DNA from: an uncultured virus (IMG/VR IMGVR_UViG_3300028602_000003) | Lineage: Duplodnaviria; Heunggongvirae; Uroviricota; Caudoviricetes; Schitoviridae | Virus record (IMG/VR): IMGVR_UViG_3300028602_000003 | Reading direction: 5' to 3' (one strand) | Length of the DNA stretch: 64,000 nt | Notes under the pieces: generated by a model | What the model was told of the DNA's origin: nothing | Seen by the model: the letters and a program-made list of their open reading frames with translations, nothing else | Databases searched by the model: none | Translations under genes and position numbers: made by a program | Shown here: one piece after another, positions 39,896 through 49,764 of the stretch | Numbering within the stretch: position 1 is the first letter of the stretch | Layout of the letters: the number at the start of each line of letters is the position of its first letter

Positions 39896-41209
39896 TTAAT
39901 AAATCAGCCCACCGAACTTCTCAGCAAGATTGCCAAATAGGCGAATGCTTTTACGTGGGCGAGTAAACGCCACGTAGAGCATACGAGCTGCTTGGCTTGG
40001 ATCACGGCAATCGCTGATGTCACCAAGGTCGATGTAAGCAGTGTCGTAGGTGCTGCCCTGTGCTTTGTACACAGTGGCTGCGTCGCTTTGACGGAGATCC
40101 GGGAAGGTGTTCTTCAGATAAAAGTAACGGTTCCAGTTCTTGGCTTTTTGGTAGTACTTGATCAGTTCACGAAAGTGGGTGTAGTCCACCGGAATAGGTA
40201 CACGGAACTGAGCACCAAGGTTGTTTTCCAGTAGGCCGTACCGGACATCAAGAAAGACGTTGTTGTCGATCTCCTCCTGTTCGATGGAGTTATCCAACTG
40301 GAGAAGGGTTACTTCTGCCTCAACGGAGAGCATGCCAAAGGAGTTGCCACCACCACTCACACGAATGGCTGTGTTGTTAATCAGATGCTCCCCTTCAGTA
40401 AACTCAGTAGGCAAACCACGAACCTGCCGGATGTATTCGTTGTACTGAATAACCCGGTTGTTGGTATAAGCCATGATCCGGTTGGTGTGGGCATCATCGA
40501 GGAAGTGGGTATCAAGATGCTGTTGCATCTCAACCAGGCTGAGTAAATCAATCACGCCAGGCACGATACGAATCGGTTTGAAGACACCTGTTTCAACAGT
40601 TTCACGAAGCTGCTGACAGACTGTCTGAAGCGTAGGGGAATCAGCATTCCTCATTGGTTCAGTCAGTTCGTAGAACGGCAGGTTCTGTAGGTAGATTGGA
40701 GACAGCTTCTCTTTAACAGGAGCAAGCTGACAGTGATCCCCTACATAGATGATCTTGCACTTTAAGGTGCTTTCACGAATCTCTTTCAGCAGGTTCTTGT
40801 CGATCATGGAAGCTTCATCAATAAAGATGATGAGGTTTTTGTGAATCCTCCATGCTTTAGTCTTTTCGATTCGTTGTTCCCCGGTCGCATAGTTATCTGT
40901 GACCTTGAGGTTCATGAACGAATGGACAGTTTCTGTTGGGCGTTTAGTACTGCTAGACAGCACCTCAGCCGCTTTGTTTGTTGTGGCCGTCATCACCACA
41001 GAGTCGTACTCGTGGGGGATGCCCAACATCTGACAGGTCTGTTGGTATTGGGGGATGATATTGTTGATGAGATAGCCCATCAAAAAGGTCTTGCCCACCC
41101 CACCAGGACCGCTAATGATCAGCTCTTTCTTATCGTCCATAAGGAACTTGAAGAAGCCATCAGCCGCAGCTTGTTGGCCTTTATTGAGCTGCTTACTCAT
41201 CTCTTGCAT
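39896..41209 (-). CDS. SF1 (Dda/RecD-like) DNA helicase
   Basis: GPGGVGKT, IDEASM, GDHCQLAPV, TVYKAQGST, YVAFTR. Confidence 0.92.
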   Translation of the reverse strand: MQEMSKQLNKGQQAAADGFFKFLMDDKKELIISGPGGVGKTFLMGYLINNIIPQYQQTCQMLGIPHEYDSVVMTATTNKAAEVLSSSTKRPTETVHSFMNLKVTDNYATGEQRIEKTKAWRIHKNLIIFIDEASMIDKNLLKEIRESTLKCKIIYVGDHCQLAPVKEKLSPIYLQNLPFYELTEPMRNADSPTLQTVCQQLRETVETGVFKPIRIVPGVIDLLSLVEMQQHLDTHFLDDAHTNRIMAYTNNRVIQYNEYIRQVRGLPTEFTEGEHLINNTAIRVSGGGNSFGMLSVEAEVTLLQLDNSIEQEEIDNNVFLDVRYGLLENNLGAQFRVPIPVDYTHFRELIKYYQKAKNWNRYFYLKNTFPDLRQSDAATVYKAQGSTYDTAYIDLGDISDCRDPSQAARMLYVAFTRPRKSIRLFGNLAEKFGGLIY

Positions 41210-41225
41210 ACAGTAATCTCCTAAC

Positions 41226-41254
41226 AAAAAGCCCTCAGTTAAGAGGGCTTCTTA
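41226..41254 (-). terminator. Intrinsic terminator
   Basis: AAAAAGCCCTC-AGTTAA-GAGGGCTT on + strand. Confidence 0.65.
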
Positions 41255-41266
41255 TTTACAAATGAA

Positions 41267-41734
41267 TCAGGTGGGTAGGTAGGGGGCCAGATCTGGCTTG
41301 AAGTAGTTCGGGCCTTTCATGATCTTCTGGTTCTCGTTAAAGATCGGCTGACCTTCAGCATCGAACTTACTGAAGTTTGAAGCATTCACTTCAGTCATGG
41401 CGGCTACTACATCATAGCCCAGCATGTGGGCAACACCGGTAGCTGTCACGATCTGATCGCAGATACCATCCAGCATCTCCAGTGGATCAACCACATCAAC
41501 ACTGTTCTGATCAGCTTTACATTGCTCACCCAACGTATCCAATGCAGAGATAGCGTCTTGCAACAGATGGACTACAGCAGGTGTACGGCCCTCCAGTGCT
41601 TGCAGCATCTCGGCTACTTCTTCCAGATGGACACCCAGCTGTGTGCTGAAGTTTTTACCCGTTGGTTCAGGCACTGCCTTTTCAAACCAAGTTTTCGTAT
41701 CCAGCAGGGTGCAGTTCTCAAACGTCTGGTTCAT
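41267..41734 (-). CDS. MazG-like NTP pyrophosphohydrolase
   Basis: EEVAE, LDGICDQIV, EVNASNFSKF, KGPNYFKPDL. Confidence 0.85.
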   Translation of the reverse strand: MNQTFENCTLLDTKTWFEKAVPEPTGKNFSTQLGVHLEEVAEMLQALEGRTPAVVHLLQDAISALDTLGEQCKADQNSVDVVDPLEMLDGICDQIVTATGVAHMLGYDVVAAMTEVNASNFSKFDAEGQPIFNENQKIMKGPNYFKPDLAPYLPT

Positions 41735-42047
41735 TGGTTTTTCCCTTATTACGGTCTGCGTATGCTTGGACCATGAGGTTTTTAACGTATGCCTTGATTG
41801 ACTGGCCTCCCATCATTTGGTCGGCTAGCCATTCTTGGTGGCTTGGATCAAGGCTAACAAATACGTCTTCCATGAATGTACGCCGGGTATCCGCAGGAGG
41901 CACATTAAGGGATTTCAGTCGTAGGGTGACGGTCGTAGGGTGGCAACCAAGCACCTTGGCAATAGTGGCCAACGAAAGACCGACACTGTTAAGACGGACA
42001 ATATCCCCGTCATGCGCTTTACGGTTAGGGCGGTAGACAGAAGACAT
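41718..42047 (-). CDS. HTH DNA-binding protein
   Basis: GLSLATIAKVLGCHPTTVTLRL helix-turn-helix. Confidence 0.75.
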   Translation of the reverse strand: MSSVYRPNRKAHDGDIVRLNSVGLSLATIAKVLGCHPTTVTLRLKSLNVPPADTRRTFMEDVFVSLDPSHQEWLADQMMGGQSIKAYVKNLMVQAYADRNKGKTNEPDV

Positions 42048-42111
42048 AGCTGATTCACCTCAATAAAAGATACCTCTAGTCTATGTGATTAGGGGTATCT
42101 AGGTGAAGTAC

Positions 42112-43791
42112 TTACTGGGAAGCAAGCTTCTCGATATGGTTCTGCTCCTTGGTAGACACACCGAGAGCAGCCCAAGATTTCTTGGCTTTCTTCTTGAGTG
42201 CTACAGCAGCTTGCGCTGAACCAATGGAGGAAATACCACCGTCAATCAAGGCACGCAGGCGCTCTTTGGGAGTGCCTAGATTGGTCGGTTGCTTAACCTT
42301 TTTCAGTTCAACCTCGAAATCACACTGGGATAACTCCAGTACGCTTTCACCTTCAAGAGGAGTAATGCCTAGTCGTTCCCAACTGACCTTAGCCGCCTTC
42401 TTGTAAGACATAAGGTCTTTAGCTGCTTGGATCTTTTTGTTAGGTGTAAGCGCCGACAACATAGCCCGCATCATGTCCTCGGCTACTTGCTGACGACCGG
42501 ACTTTTTGTCACCAAGGGACTTGGCCAACTGCACCGCATCCACTTGAGAGGCTTCCTTGGTGGATTGCTCAATGGAGTCTAGGGACTGGGTTTGCTTGGA
42601 CGCGTCCAGCACCACTTCAGTAGTCCCTTTGGTTACAGGCTTGATGATCAGGCCGCCACCCTTGCTTTCGGTGATCTCTACTGTTTCGATGATGCCAACG
42701 TGGTTACCGGCAACTGCATTGCCCAGCAGCACAGTATCGGCCATTGGACGGTTGCTGTTGACCAGTCGGGCATCCTCATCACTAAGGCGGGCGATGATGT
42801 GATAGCCCTTGGCGCGCAGCTTACGAGCATCGCTGTGGGGTACAGCAATTACATCTTCAGGAGCCAGCTTGGCTAGAACGGTTACGTCACCGTAAAAGGC
42901 TGTCAGGTAATCCCGGCGAGCCACGTGCAGACCATTGGAACAGTCCACACGACGGTTGGCATCGACCAGCTTCTCATCCATAAACACATGCGAACCAACA
43001 CGTTGAGTCACTTTTTTGGAGTGACAGTCCACGAATACACCTCCCAGCGCGGTGGCTTCCAGACGCTTGTAGACCAGTACAGACCCATCATCGGCGATGG
43101 GCAGCTCACCTTTCTGCATGAAGGTCAGCAGATCAGATACCGAATGGTTACGCTTGACCGAAGCCACACGTTCGAAGAAACGCTGCACACCAATGGCACT
43201 GCCCAGCTTTGCGGCTACGCCTTGAATCTGGATGTCCAGCTTCTCCACACCAGAGACCAGCGTACCGGTCTCTGGCATAACAGCGACCACAGTTTCTTCT
43301 TTGGTCATTGGGTCATGGAACTGTGCCGAAGAAGCAGGAATGGCATTTGCCATAATTTCACTGACTGCTGTTTGGGCTTTAGTAGTCGAAGCGGTAGCCA
43401 CAACACACTCAGCTTCGCCCTCTTCTTGATCTTTCTTCAGTGCAGGCCGGGTGCCAATTTGTACATCAGCTACCGGGATTGGGGTTTCTGGTTCTAGATC
43501 AAGCTGATCCAGTTGCTCCAGCAATCCTTTAAGAGACGACTTGAGCACACGGTAAAACTTGATGAAGCCGTTCGACTGAAGCTCCACCTCACCGTAGTGC
43601 GGCAGGGATTCCAGATCACGGATTTCGAGGTCGCAGAAGTTGTCAGCCTCAATGGCCGGCACCAGCTTGGCGACCAGTTCACGGATACGGGGGTCACCTT
43701 GGGGAATCACGATGGATTCCCCGTCTTCCTTGTACATCGTCAGTTCGCGGGTATCCACCACGGCTGCGATGATGCGAATGGTATTGCTCAT
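42112..43791 (-). CDS. rIIB: rIIB-like protein
   Basis: LPIADDG..LVYK and CSNGLHV motifs; downstream of rIIA. Confidence 0.85.
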   Translation of the reverse strand: MSNTIRIIAAVVDTRELTMYKEDGESIVIPQGDPRIRELVAKLVPAIEADNFCDLEIRDLESLPHYGEVELQSNGFIKFYRVLKSSLKGLLEQLDQLDLEPETPIPVADVQIGTRPALKKDQEEGEAECVVATASTTKAQTAVSEIMANAIPASSAQFHDPMTKEETVVAVMPETGTLVSGVEKLDIQIQGVAAKLGSAIGVQRFFERVASVKRNHSVSDLLTFMQKGELPIADDGSVLVYKRLEATALGGVFVDCHSKKVTQRVGSHVFMDEKLVDANRRVDCSNGLHVARRDYLTAFYGDVTVLAKLAPEDVIAVPHSDARKLRAKGYHIIARLSDEDARLVNSNRPMADTVLLGNAVAGNHVGIIETVEITESKGGGLIIKPVTKGTTEVVLDASKQTQSLDSIEQSTKEASQVDAVQLAKSLGDKKSGRQQVAEDMMRAMLSALTPNKKIQAAKDLMSYKKAAKVSWERLGITPLEGESVLELSQCDFEVELKKVKQPTNLGTPKERLRALIDGGISSIGSAQAAVALKKKAKKSWAALGVSTKEQNHIEKLASQ

Positions 43792-43801
43792 GTGGCCTTC
43801 C

Positions 43802-46219
43802 TTATTTAAACGCCAGACGAAGAATTTCGTAGGCAGGTTGAACTTCTGGGCTGTTAGCTGGGTAACTGGTCAAGTATCTGTGGATGCCTGAGGTTCCTAG
43901 CACCTGGAAGTAGCGGGAATTTACTAACCGAGTCTTCAGTTCCATCAGTTTCTCGTTGGGTTTAATTTTATCCAGCAGTGCTACCACACCCGGATAATTG
44001 CTGAAGTCGTAGCTGGCGTGTTTAGCCAGTTCGATAAGCACAGCTGCTTCAGGGTTGATGTGCAAACGCATACCCAAAGAGTTGATGAACTCAGGATGAA
44101 AACAGATAGCATGCATCAACTTTTCAGGCATGTAATTACTGCCGGCAAAGTGGAATGCCCCGGCCAGATAACGCTTAAAGTCTGGTGACGAAGTAAGTTG
44201 TTCATCAACATACTTGTTAATGAATGCGTCCACTCGTGGAACTCCTTTCTGCTTTAGTTTTTCAGCCTGTATGGCAGTAACAACAGCGATCTGATCACCA
44301 AAGAGTTTGTTAATTATCTGACAAGCGTCTTTGGCTATATAAGCAAAGATCCAAGGACATTCACCCTTATTGTTAAGCACGGCATAGGCCACAGGGTCAG
44401 ACACCATAGTCTCTGTTGTGTACTTCTCACGCGCACGGGATAACAGAAAGTTATTGTCTGTAGGGCAATAACTATGGCTGAGTGTGTAGTAAGAATCTTT
44501 CTTCTTACGTGGCTTCTCTAGTGCATCAAGGGCTACTGTGCCATCAGTAGCTAAGGCGGGCTTACGTGTTGCTTTTACCCTTTCTGGGAAGTGGGTCAGT
44601 ACTGCATAGCCCAACTCTTCCATCATCAACTGCCCAGCTACTGCACGAAGCCCTGCTTCTTTCCCTGAACCAACAAGAATCACGTACACGAAGCAGTGCT
44701 TGTGCGCATATTCTTTATCCAAGAATATTTCGACCTCTTTAATACTACGGCCAATAACGGCAGTCTTATTAAAGTAAGGCAGGAAGTTATCACTGGTGGA
44801 TTTATACGCTTCATGCATATTCTTATACATTGAGCCGGCCCGGTAACCTTGCCTCATATAACAGCGCGTATTTACATCTTTCATCTCTGGGTATTTCTGC
44901 AAAATAGCCAGGTTAATTGGGGCTACTACGAAGCGATTAAAGAGGCTTTTAATTTCTTTAGTACGCTCATAGCGACTCCTTCCCATAGTTGAATATGACC
45001 GAACCATCTTGGAAGCTAACTTGCGATCAAACACTCCTCGGGCTTTCAGCTCTTTAATTACCTTAATCTGTTGCACAGAGTTAGGAATGTCAGAGCCTTC
45101 GCGTAGTGCTTTGGCTGTAATAGCCTTCTGTGCGGTAGTGAAGGTATTTGCCCCACCTGTGGATAAGTGAACACGTGTGTCAAAGAACTCTTGTTTGAGC
45201 AAAGCAGTCTTTAGCCTATCCACTGGTTCAGCTTTAATTCGCTGATTCACTACTTTTTGAGCTACTTGAGTAGCTGTCTTACCAGCCCCACTACGGTTGT
45301 ATGGCTCATACTTCTTCAACAGCTGGGTGATTGCTTCGACCGTGGTGTCGGTCAAGATCAGAGTCTCCCGACTTGGGGCAATCGTGATGCTGTCTGGCTC
45401 GGCCATGAAGATGATATTAGTGGCAATGCCCAGATACTCCATGTCCAGCAACGCCTTGCGGTACAGCTCGGCATAGATGTCGTGTTCAGGGATCGGGTAC
45501 ACCACGTTACCGTAGCGCAGTTTCACCCGGCTCTTGATGGTCGAACGGAAGTTGTTGATCAGGTAGCCGGTGGGGCTTTGGCTCATTGGCAGTTCCAGCT
45601 CAACTAACTGACCATTGAGTTTGACCGGAATCTCACCCAACTGGATGACTTCCGTGATCAATTTCATGAACTCATTGGAGTCCTCTTCTTTGATCAGGCC
45701 GAAGGCTACCTGCATGCCGGTCTCTTGCGTTGGCATGTCCACGATCTTGTTGATGGTGGGCTTGCCCCCCTTCTCCATCGAAGACTTTGAGACCCGGTAG
45801 ATAGTCTTGGTGCCGACGTGGTGGGACACCACTTCGAAGTTGTCGGTGTAGGCAAAAGGAGCCTTTGAACCAAGACCAAAGCCACCAGTTACTGTCGAGT
45901 CATCACGCTTGGTGGAGTTGCCGTAGGTGCCATAAATCTCACCGATCTTGGCGTGGGGAATACCGTAACCATAGTCACGCACAGTGATACGGTTAGCTTC
46001 CACTGTTACCTCAACAGGGCGATCTGTAATGCCAGAAGCAATATGAGCATCCCACGCATTACAGATGATCTCACGCACTGTAGCCAGTCGTGGGTAGGTA
46101 TACAGAGTGGCTGAGAAGATGTGCATCAGGGCTGCATCATTGCTGACGCCCATAGATACGGATTCTTGATTACCCAACACAGCGTGTGTGATGTGGGTGT
46201 CTTGTTGGCTGACCTGCAT
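43802..46219 (-). CDS. rIIA: rIIA-like protein (GHKL ATPase N-terminus)
   Basis: REIICNAWDAH, VRDYGYGI, GGFGLGSKAPFAY. Confidence 0.88.
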   Translation of the reverse strand: MQVSQQDTHITHAVLGNQESVSMGVSNDAALMHIFSATLYTYPRLATVREIICNAWDAHIASGITDRPVEVTVEANRITVRDYGYGIPHAKIGEIYGTYGNSTKRDDSTVTGGFGLGSKAPFAYTDNFEVVSHHVGTKTIYRVSKSSMEKGGKPTINKIVDMPTQETGMQVAFGLIKEEDSNEFMKLITEVIQLGEIPVKLNGQLVELELPMSQSPTGYLINNFRSTIKSRVKLRYGNVVYPIPEHDIYAELYRKALLDMEYLGIATNIIFMAEPDSITIAPSRETLILTDTTVEAITQLLKKYEPYNRSGAGKTATQVAQKVVNQRIKAEPVDRLKTALLKQEFFDTRVHLSTGGANTFTTAQKAITAKALREGSDIPNSVQQIKVIKELKARGVFDRKLASKMVRSYSTMGRSRYERTKEIKSLFNRFVVAPINLAILQKYPEMKDVNTRCYMRQGYRAGSMYKNMHEAYKSTSDNFLPYFNKTAVIGRSIKEVEIFLDKEYAHKHCFVYVILVGSGKEAGLRAVAGQLMMEELGYAVLTHFPERVKATRKPALATDGTVALDALEKPRKKKDSYYTLSHSYCPTDNNFLLSRAREKYTTETMVSDPVAYAVLNNKGECPWIFAYIAKDACQIINKLFGDQIAVVTAIQAEKLKQKGVPRVDAFINKYVDEQLTSSPDFKRYLAGAFHFAGSNYMPEKLMHAICFHPEFINSLGMRLHINPEAAVLIELAKHASYDFSNYPGVVALLDKIKPNEKLMELKTRLVNSRYFQVLGTSGIHRYLTSYPANSPEVQPAYEILRLAFK

Positions 46220-46304
46220 AAGTTAGGCTCCTTGGTTCAGTAATATTCAAATAAAAAAGCCCCAATGTTTCCAAAGGGGCTTACCACCAAAACAAACTAT
46301 GACG

Positions 46305-47201
46305 CTACACCACGTACTCGCCCGGTAAGGTTTTGCGGTGTTGTACCCAGCCAGTAAAGTTACCGTGCAGATGTGGCTCTGAGTAACCTTCTTTACTGCC
46401 AGCAGTGAGATCAGGGGTTGCTTGATGCTCGGTAGGGCTGGCATGCAGTGGCGAGGAACCAACGAGACGATCAAACAACTCAATGTCTTTGGTGATGTCA
46501 GGTGCAACACCATCGTGTGTCAGGTAACTAACACGAGCACAACGAGCAGCACTGATACGTTTCAGCAGTTCAGTGATCTCAGCTTGCTTAGACAAGCCTT
46601 CACTAACACGGCTGATCTGGCAGTAATCTTCTACCAGTTCACGGTCTACATCAGTGATGTAAGGCAGATGCCATTCACCAGGCAGAAGCAACAGAGGCTT
46701 CTGTTTGTTGTAGCTGCTGTGCATCATGTCAGCCAGATATTTGATCTCGGGCTGAGCATCTTTGTGACAACGAAGGTGAAAGAAGTTCTGGAGATTGGTG
46801 GTAGTCATTACTACTGACATCCACTGGTAAGGTTCCAGAATACGATTCACTACCTGTTTATGCAGATTGAGACTAAGCATCTCTTCAGCACGATCAGCAG
46901 CTAGATTTGCTGCTTTACGCCACAGGAAGCGAGCAGAGATTTGCTCATGTGAGTCAAGCTCTGCATGTGCCTGCATACCCGGCTGGTTCACGCCCCAGTG
47001 AATAGGCATAGCTGGGTCTTCCCGTACAGCCTCAATCATCTTGGCTACTGGAATAGCCCGAGATGAGCTTGCGTTACGACTGAACTCACGATGAGTCATA
47101 AACTCAGCATGAATGAATCGGGGATACTTCAGTTGCAAGGTAGTGATTCGATCACCTCCTTGGTTCACGCTATCAGCGATAATTTTGACTTCAAATGCCA
47201 T
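46305..47201 (-). CDS. thyX: Flavin-dependent thymidylate synthase
   Basis: EFMTHREFSRNASSSRAIP, LRCHKDAQPEI, ARCARVSY. Confidence 0.85.
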   Translation of the reverse strand: MAFEVKIIADSVNQGGDRITTLQLKYPRFIHAEFMTHREFSRNASSSRAIPVAKMIEAVREDPAMPIHWGVNQPGMQAHAELDSHEQISARFLWRKAANLAADRAEEMLSLNLHKQVVNRILEPYQWMSVVMTTTNLQNFFHLRCHKDAQPEIKYLADMMHSSYNKQKPLLLLPGEWHLPYITDVDRELVEDYCQISRVSEGLSKQAEITELLKRISAARCARVSYLTHDGVAPDITKDIELFDRLVGSSPLHASPTEHQATPDLTAGSKEGYSEPHLHGNFTGWVQHRKTLPGEYVV

Positions 47202-47221
47202 GATGTTTTTCCTCTGTAAAT

Positions 47222-47251
47222 AAAAAAGCCCCCTTCAATGAGGGGGCTTTT
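47222..47251 (-). terminator. Intrinsic terminator
   Basis: AAAAAAGCCCC...GGGGCTTT on + strand. Confidence 0.7.
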
Positions 47252-47271
47252 CAGACCGGGATAAGCAGGAT

Positions 47272-47583
47272 CTATACGGTAGCCCTGCCTGTAGCGCCGA
47301 TCATACCCTCGGTCACCCCGCTACCAACCAGGCTGTCTTGCACGAAACCGTGACTCATAACAGTAAGGGCACCGGTCAGGCTACACATTCGCTCATCAGC
47401 GAGTGTGTACATCTGGGCGACACTCGCCTGATGTACAGCGTAGTCAGAGCCGTATTTACCAGCATCAGCCGCATAAGCAACTACCGCACTGGGTACACGC
47501 AGCACATCGGCAAAGCCCATGCTGGAGAAAGCCAGAGCAATAGCCGAAGCGAAGTACAGCAGAGTTCGACGGATCTTGAACAT
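47272..47583 (-). CDS. Exported protein with Sec-type signal peptide
   Basis: MFKIRRTLLYFASAIALAFSSMGFA: basic n-region, hydrophobic h-region, small-residue cleavage site. Confidence 0.6.
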   Translation of the reverse strand: MFKIRRTLLYFASAIALAFSSMGFADVLRVPSAVVAYAADAGKYGSDYAVHQASVAQMYTLADERMCSLTGALTVMSHGFVQDSLVGSGVTEGMIGATGRATV

Positions 47584-47650
47584 TGCATCTTCCTTTTGGT
47601 TCAGGGGTGGGAGAATTGGCAGTATGCCAAAGTTATCTCGTTATTAGCAA

Positions 47651-47968
47651 TTAGCCAATAAAGCGAAATTCTACGGAGCTAGGGTCAACGCCCATTTGAT
47701 ATAGAAGCTCTTTAACAGACTTGAGAGCCTGCTCACGAGGGTCTGCTTTAGTGGCGTTGGACGATGTGTCCTGTGCATCACCAACTTGACCTTCGCTCGT
47801 TGGTTCACGAACGATGTCCAGCATTTCATCCAGCTCACGCAGTACCTGAGCTTTCATAGCAGACTCGTTGATCTTATCCAGATCTTTAGCAGCTTGAGCC
47901 AAGGAGGCAATAGCTGCTGCGTTGTTGCGGTTGATGAGGGATTCTTCAAGGGCGCAGATAATGCACAT
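47651..47968 (-). CDS. Hypothetical protein
   Basis: ATG at 47968 (MCIICALEE) with AGGA RBS. Confidence 0.6.
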   Translation of the reverse strand: MCIICALEESLINRNNAAAIASLAQAAKDLDKINESAMKAQVLRELDEMLDIVREPTSEGQVGDAQDTSSNATKADPREQALKSVKELLYQMGVDPSSVEFRFIG

Positions 47969-48130
47969 GGTGCTTTTCCTTATTGGTGGTGGTTTTCTTT
48001 CATGGGCTATTCCCCACAAAAGGTATGATTTTCCAATAACCGATCTATAAAATAAAGTAGGTGATATTATCACCACACCTTTATCTGCTATGGGGCAGGT
48101 AAGCCGTCATAGCGAACAAGAGGATCTACC

Positions 48131-48304
48131 ATGAGCAAGGGTAAAATCACAGAACTGCTGCGTATTCACTCGGGTAATGGGTCACCTGAGGGTGTATTAG
48201 CTGCGCCTGTTGGCTCGCTGTATACCCGTCTTGATGGGGGTGCTAACACAACTTTGTATGTTAAAGAGTCTGGGGTTGGTAATACAGGTTGGGTAGCTAA
48301 GTAG
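48131..48304 (+). CDS. 57-aa protein resembling a tailspike/fibre C-terminal module (absent from ORF track)
   Basis: MSKGKITELLRIHSGNGSPEGVLAAPVGSLYTRLDGGANTTLYVKESGVGNTGWVAK; GAGGA RBS; own terminator. Confidence 0.75.
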   Translation: MSKGKITELLRIHSGNGSPEGVLAAPVGSLYTRLDGGANTTLYVKESGVGNTGWVAK

Positions 48305-48309
48305 TAAAG

Positions 48310-48338
48310 TAAAGGCCACCATTACGGTGGCCTTTTTA
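48310..48338. terminator. Terminator between convergent genes
   Basis: AAAGGCCACC-ATTAC-GGTGGCCTTTTT. Confidence 0.75.
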
Positions 48339-48923
48339 TTACGCCTCACCCAAGAACTTGGTGAGGACTTCATTGATGCTAGTGATGACTTCCCGCACTC
48401 CTGCCTTGTAATACTCGGCCTTGGATGGCGTCATCGCTGCCGGGGCACACACTGAATTAACCGCTGACTGGATTGCCTCCACCAGCCCTTGCACGTTCGC
48501 TGGCGGCCAGCCTTTTGCGCGCCAGCGCTCTGCTACTTCTGGATCGTAGGTCGTGGCTGATTTGTCGGTTAGATGATCTTCGGTATACCAGCCAGCCGGA
48601 TCAGCACTGCCCGCGCTCGCCGCCAGAATGCGCTGGTGCTGGGCGACGGTCATAAGTGGTTCGCGGTTGCGACCTGGCGCATTCCACACTGCGCACGATG
48701 CAGAGCATTCACTCTTTAGCGCGTTTAGCTGCTGCTTGTCGCCATAAGCCACCACCTCAACAGTCTCGCCACCTTGGCTGGGCAGCTGGGCGCGGAGTGC
48801 TGCGTTTTCGGCCAGCAGATCGTCATACATTTGAGGAAGCGTCTTGCTTGGCGACGCCGGATCGTAATGGCATTCCAAGCAGAAGTTTCGCCCGTGTCGG
48901 CACGCTTTCAGTTCGTCTGACAT
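48339..48923 (-). CDS. Mosaic hypothetical protein of temperate-phage type
   Basis: CRHG..FCLEC start, EPLMTVAQHQRI module; GC-richer than the core genes. Confidence 0.55.
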   Translation of the reverse strand: MSDELKACRHGRNFCLECHYDPASPSKTLPQMYDDLLAENAALRAQLPSQGGETVEVVAYGDKQQLNALKSECSASCAVWNAPGRNREPLMTVAQHQRILAASAGSADPAGWYTEDHLTDKSATTYDPEVAERWRAKGWPPANVQGLVEAIQSAVNSVCAPAAMTPSKAEYYKAGVREVITSINEVLTKFLGEA

Positions 48924-48935
48924 GTGTTTTGCTCC

Positions 48936-49529
48936 CTATAAGTATCTGGTTCGCAGTGCTTGCGCTATGCGCGGGTCTGTTTGTTGTTCAGCGTATAGGC
49001 ATGCTAATTCGTGCTTGCGCTTGCGCCAGGATTCGTGGGCAGCATCGGGGTCAGAGAACATGCCCAGATGCTCTTGCTTGCAGGTGAAGGGGTTGCGGCA
49101 GTAGGCCTTGAATTTATCAGCGGACTTTTGCCAGCTCACGCCAATTGGCCACTCGCCGCGAGCTGCTGCGCGGTCTGTCATAAACATATTTAGATGAGAC
49201 GGAACGAAAATACAGGCATCAGGCGAATAGACCTTGTTCCCAGGCTCTAGGATGTCCTTGTCAAGCTCGCTGCCTTCCCATGGCTGCGTCAGCATCCACG
49301 CCCGAAAAGCAGCAAATGAATGCCATCCCGGCGTAACCGAGCAGCCGCGATAGGTTGGGTATTTGGCCTGGAACTTCTGCGAGTAGCAGCGCGCTATCAT
49401 GTGTTTCCACGCGTGGTAGAAGTGACACGTTCGCAGCTGCTTCAGCTTCCCGTCGATGACGTCATAAATCGTTACCGGGTAATCAGCATCGTTGCGGCCA
49501 ATACCGTGAACGAGTTTTGATTTGGCCAT
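48936..49529 (-). CDS. HNH-family endonuclease-like protein with AP2-like domain
   Basis: LVHGIGRND, W..MI.RCY, LDKDIL..GNKVYSPD.C, PIGVSW, HLGMF. Confidence 0.75.
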   Translation of the reverse strand: MAKSKLVHGIGRNDADYPVTIYDVIDGKLKQLRTCHFYHAWKHMIARCYSQKFQAKYPTYRGCSVTPGWHSFAAFRAWMLTQPWEGSELDKDILEPGNKVYSPDACIFVPSHLNMFMTDRAAARGEWPIGVSWQKSADKFKAYCRNPFTCKQEHLGMFSDPDAAHESWRKRKHELACLYAEQQTDPRIAQALRTRYL

Positions 49530-49530
49530 G

Positions 49531-49764
49531 TCAGCTACTCCGCTGCTGGTTTTCGCCCCACGGGTCGGCTTCTTGAAGCTCAGCATCAACGCGCTCTTTC
49601 ATGTATTTCATGTAAGTGCGTGTAGGGCTTTCGTCAGAAGTAAATCCGCTGGCGCATTCGTAGCCGTCGCTTTCCCGAAAAATGCTGTAGTAGAGCTGCG
49701 CCCAACCGCCCAAGCATTTATCGCGGAAGACCTCGATTTCATGGCCTCGATAGCTGGCTTTCAT
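49531..49764 (-). CDS. Hypothetical protein
   Basis: 77 aa, coupled to neighbours. Confidence 0.55.
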   Translation of the reverse strand: MKASYRGHEIEVFRDKCLGGWAQLYYSIFRESDGYECASGFTSDESPTRTYMKYMKERVDAELQEADPWGENQQRSS

